A program made the translations under genes and the position numbers. A stretch of 64,000 nucleotides of DNA from the NCBI GenBank assembly GCA_030264375.1, contig JASCQW010000154.1, positions 4,182,691 to 4,246,690 of the forward strand, given 5' to 3'. Below the pieces are notes generated by a model, which saw only the letters and a list, made by a program, of their open reading frames with translations, made no database searches and was not told where the DNA came from. Of the stretch, positions 13,291 to 27,522 are shown one piece after another; position 1 is the first letter of the stretch, and each line of letters opens with the position of its first letter. This DNA comes from Carcharhinus longimanus. Taxonomy: Eukaryota.

Positions 13291-13749
13291 CGGTTATCAA
13301 TATAATTCATCCATGAGTTGTGGTATCTCTGGCTAGTTCAGCTTCAATTACCCAGCCTAATTGTCCTTGGAAGGTGGTGGTGAGCTGTCTCCAACAACTG
13401 TTACAATCCACGTGGGGTACATACACCTGTAGTGCTTTTAGGGAGACAGTCCCATGATTTTTGACCCAGTTACAGTGAAGGAAAGGTGATATATTTCCAA
13501 GTCAGGATGATGAATGGCTTGGGGGGGAACTATCACGTAGTAATATTCCAATGTGCCAGCTGCCCTTGTCCTTCTAGATGGTATTGGTCATGGGTTTGGA
13601 CGGTACTGTTGAAAGAGACTTGTTGAGTCTTGTTTCTTAAAATATATCCTGTAGGTGGTACATACTGCAGCCACTGTGCATCAGTGTTGGAGGCTGTGAA
13701 CGTATGTGAATAGGGTCCCTATCAATTGGGCTGCTTAGTCCTGGGTGGT

Positions 13750-13945
13750 CATGATGTGGAGAGGCAGGTGTTGGACTGGGATAAACGCAGTAAGAAGTCT
13801 CACAACACCAGGTTAAAGTCCAACAGGTTTATTTAGTAGCAAAAGTCACTAGCTTTCAGGTTTCTGACCCTTCGTCAGGTGAGCGGTGAGTTCTGATCAC
13901 AATCAGGGGATATAAAGACACATGCTCAGTTTACAGTTTACAGGG
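13750..13945 (-). mobile_element. Penelope-like terminal fragment containing a hammerhead motif
   Basis: GTAAGAAGTCTCACAACACCAGGTTAAAGTCCAAC is shared with ~8990 and ~58420; hammerhead core at 13846-13882. Confidence 0.6.
13846..13882 (-). ncRNA. Minimal type I hammerhead ribozyme motif
   Basis: Minus strand: UCAC-CUGACGA-AGG(GUCAGAAA)CCU-GAAA-G-CUA-GUGA, giving stem I UCAC/GUGA, stem II AGG/CCU and an NUH triplet CUA. Confidence 0.6.
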
Positions 13946-15039
13946 TGGTATCATGTTTCTTTGTCTTGTTGGAGCTGTACTCAAACAGGCAAGTGGAAAG
14001 TACCCCTTCACACTCCAGACTTGCACCTTGAAGATGGTGGACAGGTTTTGGCGAATCAGGAGGTGAGTTATCCACCAGAGGATTCTTAGCCCCTGACCTG
14101 ACTTGCAGCCACAGCTTATAGTCAGATAGTCCAATTCAGTTCCTGGTCAATGAAAACCCCTGGCATGTTGATAATTTTTGTTTATTTGCTCATGCGATAT
14201 GGGCATCGCTGGCTAGGCCACCATTTATTTTCCATCCCTAATTACCCTTGGGAAGCAGATGCTGAGCTTTAATTTTGAACTGCTGCAGTACTTGTTGAGA
14301 AGATACACCTATAGTGCTGTTAGGGAGGGGGTTCCAGGATTTTGGCCCAGCAACAGTCAAGGAATGGCAACATGTTTCCAAGTCAGGTGTGTAGCTTGCA
14401 GAGGTCCTTCGTGGGTGCTGGTGTTCTCAGGGGGAATTCAGCAATGATAATGCCATTGGATGTCAGGAACCATGGTTAGATTCTCTCATGCTGTAGATGA
14501 CCATCGCCTTGCGCTTGTGAGGTGCAAGTGTTTCTTCCCACTTGGCAGCCCAGGCCTCCATGTTGTCAAATGCTTTTTTGTGTTTGGATGCAGACTGCGT
14601 CAGTAGTGGAGGAGTCGTGAATGGTGCTGAACATTGCACAATCATCAGTGAACGTCCTCACCTCTGATTTAATGATGGAAGGGAGACCATTGATGAATCA
14701 GCTGAAGATGGTTTGATTTAGAGTAGTACTCTGAAGATCTACTGTAGTGATGTCCTTGAGATGATTCACCTCCAACATTCACAACCATCTTCCATTGTTC
14801 TGGTATTATTCCAACCAGCATGGCTTTTAGTTCCAGCGGCTTCAGTTTTGCTAGCGCTCCTTGATGCCACATTGGTCAAATGTTGCCTTGATATCAAATG
14901 ATGGAAAGTGTCATCAACAATGCTAAGATGCAATATTTGCTTAGTAATAACCTGCTCGCTAATGCTCGGTTTAGATTCTACCAGGATCAGCCTTTGTTCA
15001 AACATTGTCAATATAGCTGAACTCCATAGGAAAGGTGAG

Positions 15040-15910
15040 AGTACATGACCTTGACATCAAGACAGCATTTGTTTATTGACGATTGCACAAGGCCATTCGT
15101 AAATGCAACAAGGCCTCGACAATAACCAGGCCGGAGCTGCCAAATGGCGAGTAACATTCATGTCTCAGGTGTTACAGGTAATGACTATCTCCAATGAAAC
15201 AGAATCTAACCATCACATTCAATAGCTTTGCCTTCGCTGAATCCTGCATTGTCAATATATTGGGGTTACTGTTGACCAGAAACTGAACTGGGCTACTTCC
15301 ATAAATATTGTGGCTACCAGAGCAGATCAAAGGCTAGGAACCTTGTGGTGAGTAACTCACCTCCTGACTCTCAGAAGTCTATACACCATCTATAAGGCAC
15401 AAGTCAGGGAGGTGATGAAATACTCTCCACTTGCCTGGATGAGTGCAGCTCCAACAACACTCAAGAAGCTCGATATCATCCAGGATAAACATTCTGCATG
15501 ATTGGCACCCCTTGGACAAACATTTACTCTCCCCACCATCTATGCACAATGGCAGCAGTGTGTAGCATCTACAAATTGCCTTGGTAGAGCTCAGCAAGTC
15601 TCCTTAGACAGCACCTTTCAAACCTAAGACTGCTGTAATCCAGAAGGACAAGATCAGCAGATGTATGGGAACACTACCACCTTGTAGTTCTCCTCCAAGA
15701 CACCCACCACCCTGATGTGCAAATATATCGCCATTCCCTCACTAACGTTGGGACAAAATCCTGGAACTTCCTCCCTAATACTATAATGGGTGTCCCTACA
15801 ACAATGGTCTGCAGTGTTTCATGAAGGTGCCACCAGCTTCTCAGGGGCAATTGAGGATGGACAATAAATGCTGGCCTAACAAGCGATTCCCACAGCTCAC
15901 GAATGAATAT
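15040..15910 (+). mobile_element. LINE 3' fragment with tail (same family as 4330-4990)
   Basis: ATCTATAAGGCACAAGTCAGG..TACTCTCCACTTGCCTGGATGAGTGCAGCTCC; tail CAATAAATGCTGGCC..GAATGAAT. Confidence 0.85.
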
Positions 15911-18499
15911 AAGAAAGGTTTACAGATACAGTGAGGGCTATTAAGTTATTAAGTGATTTAAACACTGCATTGTGAATCTTAAATTTGAGGCGTGAAGGAC
16001 TCAAATAAAATGTAAAAATGTAAATCACTGAAGGTAGGGGTGATGAGCTAGTTTGACTGGCAGCAGGACAGCAGGATAGTCTTGGAGGAGCAAGAGACAC
16101 TGATCTTGAGAATAATGCAATGCCGTTCTAAGGTGACAAACGGGTGTACTAGATTTGCCAAGGCAGATAGGCAAAGGAAGGATTGTAGGAAGACGCTAAG
16201 AAAAGTTAGATAGGTTTTGTTGTTGCAAATTTGTCAGATTGAACGCACTGGGTCAGACGCATAGCCAAAATTTCGAAATAGTTGCCGTGCCGAGGGCGGA
16301 ATCGTGGCCAAGAAACAAGTTGTGGCAGGTGAAGACAATACCAACTGATTTCTCAAGTCTATAAGGAGGGTAGGATTCTTCCAAGACTGTCGACAGTCTG
16401 AAAGGGCAAAATTAGCGGAAGGGTTAAGAGATGTAGTGGATAAGTAATGTAGGGTGTTGAAGTGTTCAGGTGAAGCTCAACCTATGCCTGCAGATGATAC
16501 CACCAAGGAACACACGCAAACACTGAAGATACATACTTGAGGCAATAATGCGGGGCTAGGAGACAAACCATTGTCAGACAAGTTTTGGCTCCAACCAGTT
16601 GGGGAAGAGTGGAATCAGAGGCAGGTAAGTCCTCTTGCGCTAGACAACAGAAGTGACACTAAACAGAATGAGATGTCAAAGTCTGCATAGATTTTTAGGA
16701 GAAACAAAATATCGCTGCCACATAAATGCCATTTGGAATGTTGGATAATTCGCTGCAACCCTATGGTCGAGAAATAATTGCAGAGATTCCAAGAGGGGAT
16801 TGAACTGGGGATGACACGGTTGAAAAAAGGTTCACGCAATGTTTTATCTTTTTGGGTAGTAATCTGTGCATATTTGTGGCATTTCTCTGAGACATTCATA
16901 TTTTCAATCAGTCCATTTTACATCTCTTTGAAACGTTAACCAATCATTGTTTAAAGCAGGAGGACTACAAAACAAAAAGTGACAACAGAATAAATACCAT
17001 ACCCAGGCTACAGAACGGTCCATTTTGATTAACGACATTTCTACATCTTCCTTGCTCGGATCGCTGGACTTATTTCGAATCTTACCTAACGGACCGTGGT
17101 AAGCTGTTAAGAATCTGTCACGTTATAAATTGCAGACGGTCTCGCGGAAGGAATGGACTGGAGGAGTGAATACTTTCTTATTACATAAGGTTCTTTGCGG
17201 TTAACAACGTCAAGCACGACGTTCCAAACTGAAAGTCAGCATTTACTGACAACATTCTTAATGCACTAATTTCATTCGTCCCGTGAATACTTCAATTTCA
17301 ATAAACAAAACGGCGACTCTATTTAACGCATTTATTTATTTGAAATTGCATTATGGCGTTGTGCAGCCATCTCAGTTGTAAATAGAATGGGGCCTAAGTT
17401 GCTTTCCCACTGAACCAAGGCTTTCAACAAATAAATATCAACGTTTTAGGATCAAGACTGTTAAGGCTCAACATTGGGATTGGAAATGGAAATCTCATCA
17501 AAAATCAAGCATTTTTTTTCTGCGTAACTTCGTCAAAACTAAGGACACATGATTAGCATGCACAGTGGATCACTTAATACTAAGTAATTAGACAGTTTGA
17601 ATCACGTAACTGTCAGTTCTGTTGGGTTGTTATAAGTAGCACAGGCTTCCATAACACCGCTTCGGGTAACTGTATTAATTTATTACATGTTGTAATTTAT
17701 TTGAGCAAGATTAAAAGCTGCAATATTCATCCTGCCAGCACTTTGTTCATTCAAGGTCACGGTGCCGATTAATTCCAAACCAAATTCCATGTCAACAAAT
17801 AAAATACAACTGGCCAGAAAATAAGTACAGATGAAAAAAATGCAAAATATAGATGGCAAATTTCTCTACACTTTCTGGCTGAAATCGATTTCGACCTTCC
17901 CAGTTGGAAATCTGATTAAAACAATAAACAGAATTACGTATCTTCATCATCCAATGTTTTGATCTAGTGTAAGTCCTTGTAGGTATTAGGGAATGTCAGT
18001 GATATAAGAAACCCAATTTCTTAATGCAGAAAATATTCAGATTGTGTCCCTTCTTCTGAAGGGACCTTTCAGCTTCTGTAGCATTTCTATACTTGCACCT
18101 ATACTAGTCGCCACTTAGCAATTTTTAACATGCCCATCTGCCGTTAAAACTAATATGGAACTTTGCACGAATATGTTCTAAGGAAGGACATATTCTCATG
18201 ATTTAAAACATCAGATAATGTAACTATAACAAAACTGTGCCTCAAAGCAGCGTCATTTTTAAATACAAAATTCATAAAGATACTAATTGAAATACTTTTC
18301 GCAACTAATATAATGCCAGATGGGTTTTAAATAGAAATAACACGGCAAGCATCTGTGAAGGGGTGATCACTTACTTGAGAGGTATCTGGCCTAATGAAGG
18401 AATTGCACGCCAATATGTCAACCTGTACATTTCTCCCAACTCTGCTGTGAAATTTTAGCATCACACTTATTAACCTGATCCTGTCCTGAGCCCGAAGTT

Positions 18500-18830
18500 T
18501 CTTCAGAAAGGCTTGTCTGGAAAATGGAATATTTCCTATTTACCTGGTTATGGGGGGCCATTGAAGCATTCAAGAAACTTTGCACCATCCAGGGAAGAGC
18601 AGGGATTGGCTATCCTTACCACCAAGTTCAACAGCAATCATCATCCTATTATTGGTCCTGCAGCAACATAACAATCTTATGTGGACAACTCCTCTCAACC
18701 TCGACAGCATCACATGGAGCAGGAAGTGCAACTTCCTGGTAACATCACCTGCAATTCACATATCATCCTGATCTACATACCTACTCTTCTAGAATGTTCA
18801 CTTCCCCTTGGTTTTTATAGAACAGGATTT
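18500..18830 (+). mobile_element. Old LINE fragment
   Basis: MEYFLFTWLWGAIEAFKKLCTIQGRA is a diverged version of MEYSPLAWMGA..KKLDTIQDKA. Confidence 0.55.
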
Positions 18831-21800
18831 ATTCCTAATACAAGTATTTCTTAAGTACTAGATGGGACTGCATCCTTAGCAATAATGGAGCCCGTAAACA
18901 TCACAAAGTACTTTCCTGGGACATAAATGAACATCAAATCACATGGTGGGATACTAGGACAGATAATCAAAACATTGGTTAAAAACGTCGGTTTCATGGA
19001 TAAGGAGGTGGTAATGGAGGGAATTCCAGAACGTACAACATACAAATAATGAGGAGCAAAGACATTTGGTCCATTTAACCGTTCCTGTGCAATTTTGATA
19101 TACTAGAATGATAACATAGGTACTTTCTATGCCACATTAACCACAAGCATCTCCTATGAGAGGCGGAAAACTAAAAATGAGAACCTAGGAAAAAATGAAA
19201 ACTTCATCTCTGGCACCTTAAGTGATTGGAGCTAGGCTAGGAGATCAGTGTGGTCCTGATCCTTCTATACAGATCTCTACACCCACAGATCTAGAACCTC
19301 TTGTTTGAAAAAGAACTTACCAAATTGGATGTACAGCGCTAGCAACGTCTTCTAATAATTCTACAATCAGTTCAGTAAAGGAACACTGCATGACATTTAA
19401 CCTAAATCTGGCCGTATATAACTTAAAATTTTAACCAATTGTACTCACTAACCTATTGGAACAACCTGCCGACCCAGTGTAATCTATTTCCTTTCGTCAT
19501 CTTACACATCTACACCAGACCACCCACTAAGTCTAAGTTTCTCTCAGGTTCATAATCCTAGCTGCTGTAATCCCTCTGGTTGACAAAAAATATTTTAAAC
19601 TGGGGATACCCTAGTGGTTCTAATTTATCGACTCTCCAAAGCCCCAATATCACTCAGCATGTGAAGGGACCCAATTTGAATACAGAATTCAAACTCAGGC
19701 CTGATGAAGGTCTTGTACAAGGCCACCATTTATTTAGCTATATGTAGTTGACAGATCGCAAAACGGAAAAAGAACATGGAATGAAAAAAATATTTTGACA
19801 ATTAAAACTTTCAGGTTTGATGTGTCACTTTAAAAGAGAAGTCCCCTCTTCTCTGCTGAAACTGGAGAGCAGAACTTCTTTCGCATGCCTAAGTTAAAAC
19901 CGCTGAAGACAACGTCATGGCTGTAGCATTTTAAATATGAAATACAAGCTGTGGAATGCCACTTGACGCAATGTCACTGCAAAAGTATCCAAAGATCACA
20001 GAAAATTCCTTTTACTAATCTGGCCGGCAACCAAATAGCCAGGAAACTATAGATATTAAAAACCAAGCCATACTTAAAATATTGATAAGTAAATGGATAA
20101 TATGGATGAATATATCCTGGATATTGGACATATAGACGACCAGCTGGATAGGTATACGTTACATTTTAGTTAAGGTTCTTACATTTGCTACGAGTTGACA
20201 CTGCCGCATTTACCCTAATTTTAGACAATAAGCAAACTTGCTTCACTCAACTGTTATTAAAAGCAAATGTGTTCTATTTATTTCCAACCCCTTTCATACT
20301 TGTTAAGATTCTATTTCTAAATTCGGCTATTCTTTTCGGTTATAAAATTTACCCTAGACGTGGCGTTGCCAAGCCATACGTTTTAATTTTCCCCACGCTC
20401 ACCCGTACTTTTCAGCCTGTCTTTCGTTAATAGTCCCCAAATCTTCAACTATATTTCCTATAACAGTTAGATGTTAGAATTAAAAAAACAACCAGTCATT
20501 TCATGTTTAGAAAAGTGCTCTTCCGGTGTGCTCATCTTGCAGGAATTTGTAACTTCGCCATCTCCTTGTGTGTTTTAATTCAGGGTGATTTATCTGTAAT
20601 GGGAGCTAGTGTCGATTGTTAGTTTGCAATGATGGATAGTCTGAGCTCATGACACTGACAAAACGTCAAGTAGTAGTGTATGTAAATTGGGTGCCAACAT
20701 CAAAATTATGCTTTCTGCTGAAGCTTTCAGTCTGTCTACAATTACATTTTAGAAACAAACAAGTTGCATATACTTAAACATGCAGTCAAGTCATTGAAGC
20801 TCCTAAAGAGGCAGCTTTACAATAATTGAGCTGAACTATCGCTGCAGGCATATATTCTTTTAAAATTACTGCTTATAATGCTGACTTATCGTCAGCAAGC
20901 ACGTGCAGCTGCAAAGTGATATATGATTTCCAAGATTCATGCATCAATTATAGAATATGAGCTTTAACCCTCCTCGTTCTCCATTCTACACGCCTCTTAA
21001 ACAGTTTTGGTTTTATATCCAATATCTCATATCCATTATTTTGACAATTGTATGGTTTTCCTCCCTTGAATATATTTACTGTTGTTGAAACTAACACCAT
21101 GTTTGCTATGTTAAAGTATATTTTCTGATTAATTATCATATCTAGAGAAAGTACTATACATTTCATGTAGGTAATGATTGATTTGTCAGCTTTACATTTT
21201 ACCATTATCATTACATTACATCAAAATGCATGCATTTAGTGGAGCACTTTGTTTCTAACTCTGTGATTGGATTTTAAAAATGTTCAATTTCTTTATTTTA
21301 TGCGAAATTAAGTTGCTCACAGAATGTCAAAAACATTCTGTATTAATTTTTAGCCCCTTTCTGACGAAAGCTCACTCACAGACTTCGGGAAGTGAGAATG
21401 TTAAAATGCACCAGAACTGAAAACAGTAATATGTTAATAATAGTTGTGGATTTTTCGTGCGTTCAACAAAACTAATTAGAAACGCAAGGCTGAATTATAG
21501 TTGAATGCATTCGCCATCGGATTAATACAGAATTAAAGAAACGCAATCCATTTTATAAAAACTAGTAACCAAATCAGGGCAATCTAAAAACATCACATCA
21601 GAAAAATACAAAATTTCGGATTTAATAATTGCAATGTTTGCCGAAACGTTTCTGAATGGTTTATAGACATTTACAGATATATTAAAAAGTCGTCCCCTGA
21701 AACAACATGATATTTTACGATATTCAATGGCTAAAATGCACATTTAAAACAGAACAAAGAGTTGCCATTCCACTAAGTCAGCAACATTCTTTATTCTAAC

Positions 21801-24800
21801 TGGATTTATAAATTAAAAGGTATATCTGATAAACAAGGGCTTCATATTATAAATGCTATACCCGGGCTTATTTGAAATCATTATATTTTCAGTAATAGAG
21901 AATTTGAATTTAAAATATTGGTTCGTTTTACCTTTGCTAATCACAATGCCCGGTTATTTAATGCATTAGAGTTAACGTATTAATTGTACATGACAGTCTT
22001 ACACAAAGTTCAATTGCAGCCTATATATTGATGTACATTAAACTTGTTAAATTATGTGAAAAATAAATGCTCAGTTGCATTTACAATTAATCACAGGTTT
22101 GTTGACCTAAAAGGTTACGTGTTTCTAATCAAATGCAACATAGCGGCTGAATGTGTGTGCGTTTTATACATTGTGCTGGTGATCATTAATTTGTCTTTTT
22201 GTCTTCGGGCGAAAAGCGGAAACAGGCATTTTGGACGTGTTAATATGTCGCAATAATTTCCTGAAATTGAAGTTGGGGTCGAGCATTCGCAAAACCAGAT
22301 CGTATATTTCAACTAAACAGTTCAAAATACTTTTAGATGCAATTTCTCATCAAGGTGCATTTCCCATTCAAGTTACTATAGTGAGTATTTTTGAGGGTTT
22401 TCATTAAACCATTTCTAGTTCTGTTTGCATTTGTCTTTAAAACTAGTAAACTTACTGAACTAAAATAAGGTCGGCTGCTGCCTTCTGAGCATTTTCGTAA
22501 ACCAACGTCGTGTTTCTTTGCAACTTCTTAACAATTATACATTTTTCGGTCTGGAATTAATTAACAAATGTATGACCGGATGTCTGTGAGAAATAAAAGG
22601 TATTTCCTAAAAGTGTTACAGCCATTTGCGAAAACAACATGGATTGCGTCACAAAGAGATCGCTGAAAGCTCAGATTTACCTTTGGAATTTCTAAATGTC
22701 GCTGGCAAGAATTGAAAATGCAGAAAATTCTAGATTTATTTGCAAAATTACACATTCTGTTTATCAAAACTATCAAAGCGATCCTTTTGGTAAGGTTGTA
22801 ATTTAGCACGGCCTGGCGCGCTTCCTTTTTGCATCAGAATGTTCTTCTGGCAAATGTAACTGCGCAACGCATAATCTAAATAAACTTTGGTTCAAAAAAT
22901 AACTTGAACCAACAGTTTGCTGTTTTATTCTTATCGATCACAGCACAGTATTTTACTTGGAACAGACTCTAATGTTCATGTTAGTGGTCCGTTTATATCC
23001 AAAGGAATGGCAGCAACTGCAAAGCCCTGAAGTCCTCGCAGTCCTTTTTCTCATTCAGATACAGCAGACCAAGTTATGACCTCATTAGCTCAAAGTTTTG
23101 CTTTATTCCCCCTCATTAATTTTAGAACTTATCTTAAAACATCCATCTTATCATCCCATCGCTTGGGCAGCGAGTACTTACTGCACTAGCCAGAGGACTT
23201 TCTGTTCCTTCCTGAGACCAAACCGTTGTCGGGGCCGCGGCGCTCCGTCTGATTGTTAACCTTGCCTTTCAAGTTCAACTGCAAGGTCATAGCTGGACAC
23301 AAAGGAATGGCTAGCACGAGCTGCAAGCACTCCTCAACTTAATTACTTTCAATGCAATTGAACTTGGATTTCTGCCCTCCTCCCCCAGTCCCACAACTCC
23401 CCTCCCCCCACTAGAAAATGAGATTGCAAGTCAGAAGCAGAATGCCACTTCTGGCCTCGTTGTTCTGGCCTTTCCTTCTTCGGGTAATTTTCTTACTCCT
23501 GACTAATGGGAAATTTTACGTTCGGGTGCGCGTAGAAATCCGATAGAAAGTAAAGCCTCAATTCGCCGTCGGCGCACTTGAACTTGAGTTACGCCTGCCA
23601 TTTCCGAACACTCACGAGGAGTATTATTGTTTTGCGCCGAGGATTAGAACTAATCCCGCTAAGTATGTGTTAATCGCCTGGATGTAGTTTTTACTTTCGT
23701 AATGTTTTAATAAAAAATGCAGCGCTAAACAGTGAACTCAGAAAGCTATTTTGTGGTTGGCTCTTTTGCGTCATGTGATGGTTACAAAGATTTGAAATTA
23801 CTTTTGTGATTTCGGGCTGTTTATTGCCATGCTTGAGTTAGATCCCCTCACACACCAGAATATTTTCAAAAGTGACCTTTTCACAATTCCACTGAAGTCG
23901 AAACAACCTATTAAAATTTCAAAAGGACGCGTGATAGCTTCACTGGCCGGGTGCATTATAAATAAGATATTGGAGTTTGCTGTGAGAAGTGTTAACAAAA
24001 CATTTCCTAAATATGGATTGTGTAATTGATTTGATGGTCACTTCTCTCATGTTTGCCTGTTGCTTCCTATGTGTTAAGCTGTTTTGTCATAGCCAGGTGC
24101 AAAGTCAAACATGGAACGTAGAAAATATTAATGTTCTACTGAATAGCTCCATGATAAATTCCTAATTCTTTGCATGAAAACATTTTATTTATTTTCTTTC
24201 AGTCCATAATACCCACGCATATTTTCAGAAAGACACGCTAGCCCGGTTTTTGCAGAGCTCAGCGCTAACACAAGAATCTAACATAAGTGCATAAAATTTT
24301 TAAATAACTTGTAAAAAGGAGCGTTATGCAAATGGCGCACATAGGCGCTAAAACGCGTTTGCTTATCGGAAAGTTAAGTATATAATTTCCCAAATTAGAA
24401 TTCAATAACTATTTGCAGCTTTTACCTGCAATTTATTTTATGATAAACTTCTGTTCACTAGAGTACTTGTGTGGCGGTTGTGTCCAGAAGTCAAAGCCTA
24501 TGATACTATACATGATTGAGGAAATCTTTGACCCTATATATAGTAGGACATGTACCATTATTTACATACCTTACTGTATATAGGTAATATATCGCATAAC
24601 TATGTTTTAAAAAGAATGGTGAATGGCTTAAAACATGCTGAGATTACTTTTAGTATTTAATTGCCTCATTTGAAACCTTTAAAGCGGAAAAGCTGCTTTC
24701 ACATATTTAAAAATAATAATGCTGCCAATAATACTGGAGGGTCGTGTATCCAGCGTAATGTATAAAACTCATATGGTTAAGTGAAGGTTACTGATGCATA

Positions 24801-26174
24801 TTTATGCGGAATTAAACAATTTGAAGCCCCCTTTCTCCATCGAGTCAGCATATTCAGTTCTTTGACCGCACCGCTGAGTGAACTTAGTTCTCTACAAAGA
24901 AATAGTTTTGGGTTGATATTTTTATTTTGTACAAAATCTGAGCTGAATAGAAGACATTAAAGGTGATGTNNNNNNNNNNATTCTTCCCTGTGCGGCATGT
25001 GCGCATTCACAAATGAGCTCAGTAAATTCTCTGAACATTTTAATGAAAATATCCTTACAAGAAGTTAAGTAGTTTGTGCATGGTCAGTAATGGAAAATCA
25101 ATATTTTATCACAAGGCTTTTAAAATCAACGCCTAGTTGATGCACAACCAGCAACCGGACAGTCATTTCTGCTTGTGACATAGTTAATGTTGTAGTAGGG
25201 AAGCCAAACTTGGCCTCTACGCTGTTGATACCAGTACAGAACCCGGTTACAGTCAGTTATATGACGGTACGCAACAACAGCTTCCCGGTTGCTTGTGTGC
25301 AGTTTCTTCAGTCTGTCGTGGCCTATTGGTGGAGCACATCTCACTGTACTTACATCTCACTGTCCTCGTGATGATTACTTACTCAACTGGAAACATTCCT
25401 GGTGTTAGATAACTCAAACACATTTTGCATTAACATCATCTTGCTGAATTGTTCTAAACTTCCTTTAGATTTACTGCAACAAGCATGTGTAAGCGCGGAT
25501 TTCCCATCGTGAGAAAAATTATAGTTTGTGCTCAAGAGAAGCATAATCAGGATGTTACATCTCAGGGATTTGAATTAAATATAATGGTCGCAAACATTTC
25601 TACTCCTTCCCGGTCGCTTATACATTTCTCAAAAGTATCTTCAAAGGCACTTCAGATGTTTCTCAACGGCTCTAAATTTGCTTCGTGTAGTCATAGTGAC
25701 TTTTTTTATTTTTTAAATTTCCGATTTGCTAAACTTTGGACTATCCGTGCTATTTTTGCGACGTAAATATTTGATCTAATAGTGACACCGATTCCACAAG
25801 CAACAGCAGCTGCAAGTAATTGTACCGAATTGTGTAATGTAACGCCCGATGATATTTGTGTGTCAGTCCGGCTGGCTTTGTGTTTGTGTCTGCATGTATG
25901 TGTGTGTCCGCCTGTACATGTGCATACAGGCCTGTGTGTGTCGGGGAAATTACCTCGGCACTGGTTCTTCAGATAATTGTAAGATAATATTTTTAATTAA
26001 CTGAACAAAGCATTATGTGGGAAGCGCTGTAGACAAACAGTTATTTGTTTTCTTAATCGCGTTTTAAATTTCCTTTATTTTGCATTATTTCTGCACGAGC
26101 TTTGTACAAATTCATCCGACATGTTTAAACAAAGACTGACCATGTAGGCAGCAGTACTCCTGTTATGGAATGAT

Positions 26175-26193
26175 TAGCCAGGAGATGGCGCAC
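26175..26193 (+). promoter_or_regulatory. Candidate CTCF site
   Basis: TAGCCAGGAGATGGCGCAC is close to the CTCF core CCASYAGRKGGCRS; ~1.8 kb 3' of the HoxB13 stop. Confidence 0.55.
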
Positions 26194-26294
26194 TTGTTCT
26201 ACTCATGATAACTGCCAGATCACATCACCGAAAACCGTTCGATTATTCATGAGCAGCTAGACGTCATGATCATTGGCGAATACGCACGTGACTG

Positions 26295-26316
26295 TCAAGG
26301 TCAAGGTCAAAGGCTA
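26295..26316 (+). promoter_or_regulatory. Perfect DR0 nuclear receptor element with TCA extension
   Basis: TCAAGGTCAAGGTCA followed by A-AGGCTA. Confidence 0.6.
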
Positions 26317-27516
26317 ATCAATACGATTTGAACTAAGAATCCAAAGGTGGTAGTAGGTTTTCGCAAATACTCAGTTACAAAGTCATCTTCACTCCACTAA
26401 ATCCATACAGCCTAAGAAGCACAATCCAAACACATCCAACACGTTGCACAAGCAAGCACTTTCTGTGTCCCTATATCAATAAACGTGCAAAAGTAATTCT
26501 TTAACATTGTGCCACCAAACTGATAGTTCATGATGAAGTAGAGTGGCAGCGTTTTCTAGATGGAGACAGGAAAACCTTTTGTCAACTAAACACTTCTTTG
26601 ATTGAATTTCAAGTTCAGTAACTTCTGTTTGAAATCCGAGAGGCTGATGGCATGAAAACCCGAATAAGTGGACTTGTCCGCATTTTCTTTCTTAAATTGA
26701 TGTCATGCTAGATTATGTGCACATAAATACAGAGAACCAAAAGGTTGGGGACGGGTGGGGTGGCGGGGGCGAGTGGGGGAGCCTGTCTGGAGAGAGTTTG
26801 CAGCAAAATGTTTAATGGTTTTAAATTGTTGTATAAACCAGACACTACTTAAAGTGTGAAATCCAGGAAGGATGAAGTTATTTGCGTGATATTGTCCGGC
26901 TTCAGAGAGTATATTTTCCCAGTATGTTTTCTTTCATTCATTCACTTCCTCCTGTTCAATAAGCAGCAAGTTATCGCGTGATATACACCCACTTAATCTC
27001 ATTTTGTTTCTCCGAGTAAATGTATTAACTTACTTTAAAGTCAAATGGAAAAGGTTTTCTGATTGCAAACGTAATTAATAGAGTCGGAGCTATATGCTTC
27101 CAGAGTTAGGATTTATCTCAACCTTAAATTTTCAACGCTCACTTTGTGATTAAATCATAATATTAAATTAGAAGTTAATCGTTGCTTGCAAGTGCAAAAT
27201 GGTTACCAGCATCGGTTTATCTTTTTTAAGTCAAGCTTGCATAGTTAACATTAATTTATATATTTTAGATGATAAAGCACTAAACGTTAAATACAATTTC
27301 ACCTTTACGCGAGTGCTGGTTGTCATCTCTTGCGGTTAATATCAGTAATATCATCAGGTCATCGGTTTCTCATATATTATATGAAATATGAAACATGTTC
27401 TATACCAAATAAGTCTATTATTACTATCAGTAAATGGACATTAAATGAATGCATGAGCATTCCCTGCTAAACACTATTGAACAAAATTAGTATAGTCGCA
27501 AAACATTTAATCCTTT

Positions 27517-27522
27517 TTTATT
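27517..27522 (-). terminator. Candidate HoxB13 polyadenylation signal AATAAA
   Basis: First AATAAA I noticed on the minus strand, ~440 nt after the stop. An alternative ATTAAA lies at 26811-26816. No transcript evidence. Confidence 0.3.

Larger units (their letters stand above)
13310..14900 (-). mobile_element. Nested minus-strand LINE fragments of the same family
   Basis: Reverse complements of the tail seen at 4700-4980; ORF pieces WHQGALAKLK and WAAKWEETLAPHK. Confidence 0.75.

Noticed and set aside
22270-22440. Minus-strand TELE...TIWF as a HoxB12 relic
   Set aside because: Spacing is ~112 nt instead of ~87, the motifs are in different frames, and no other residues match.
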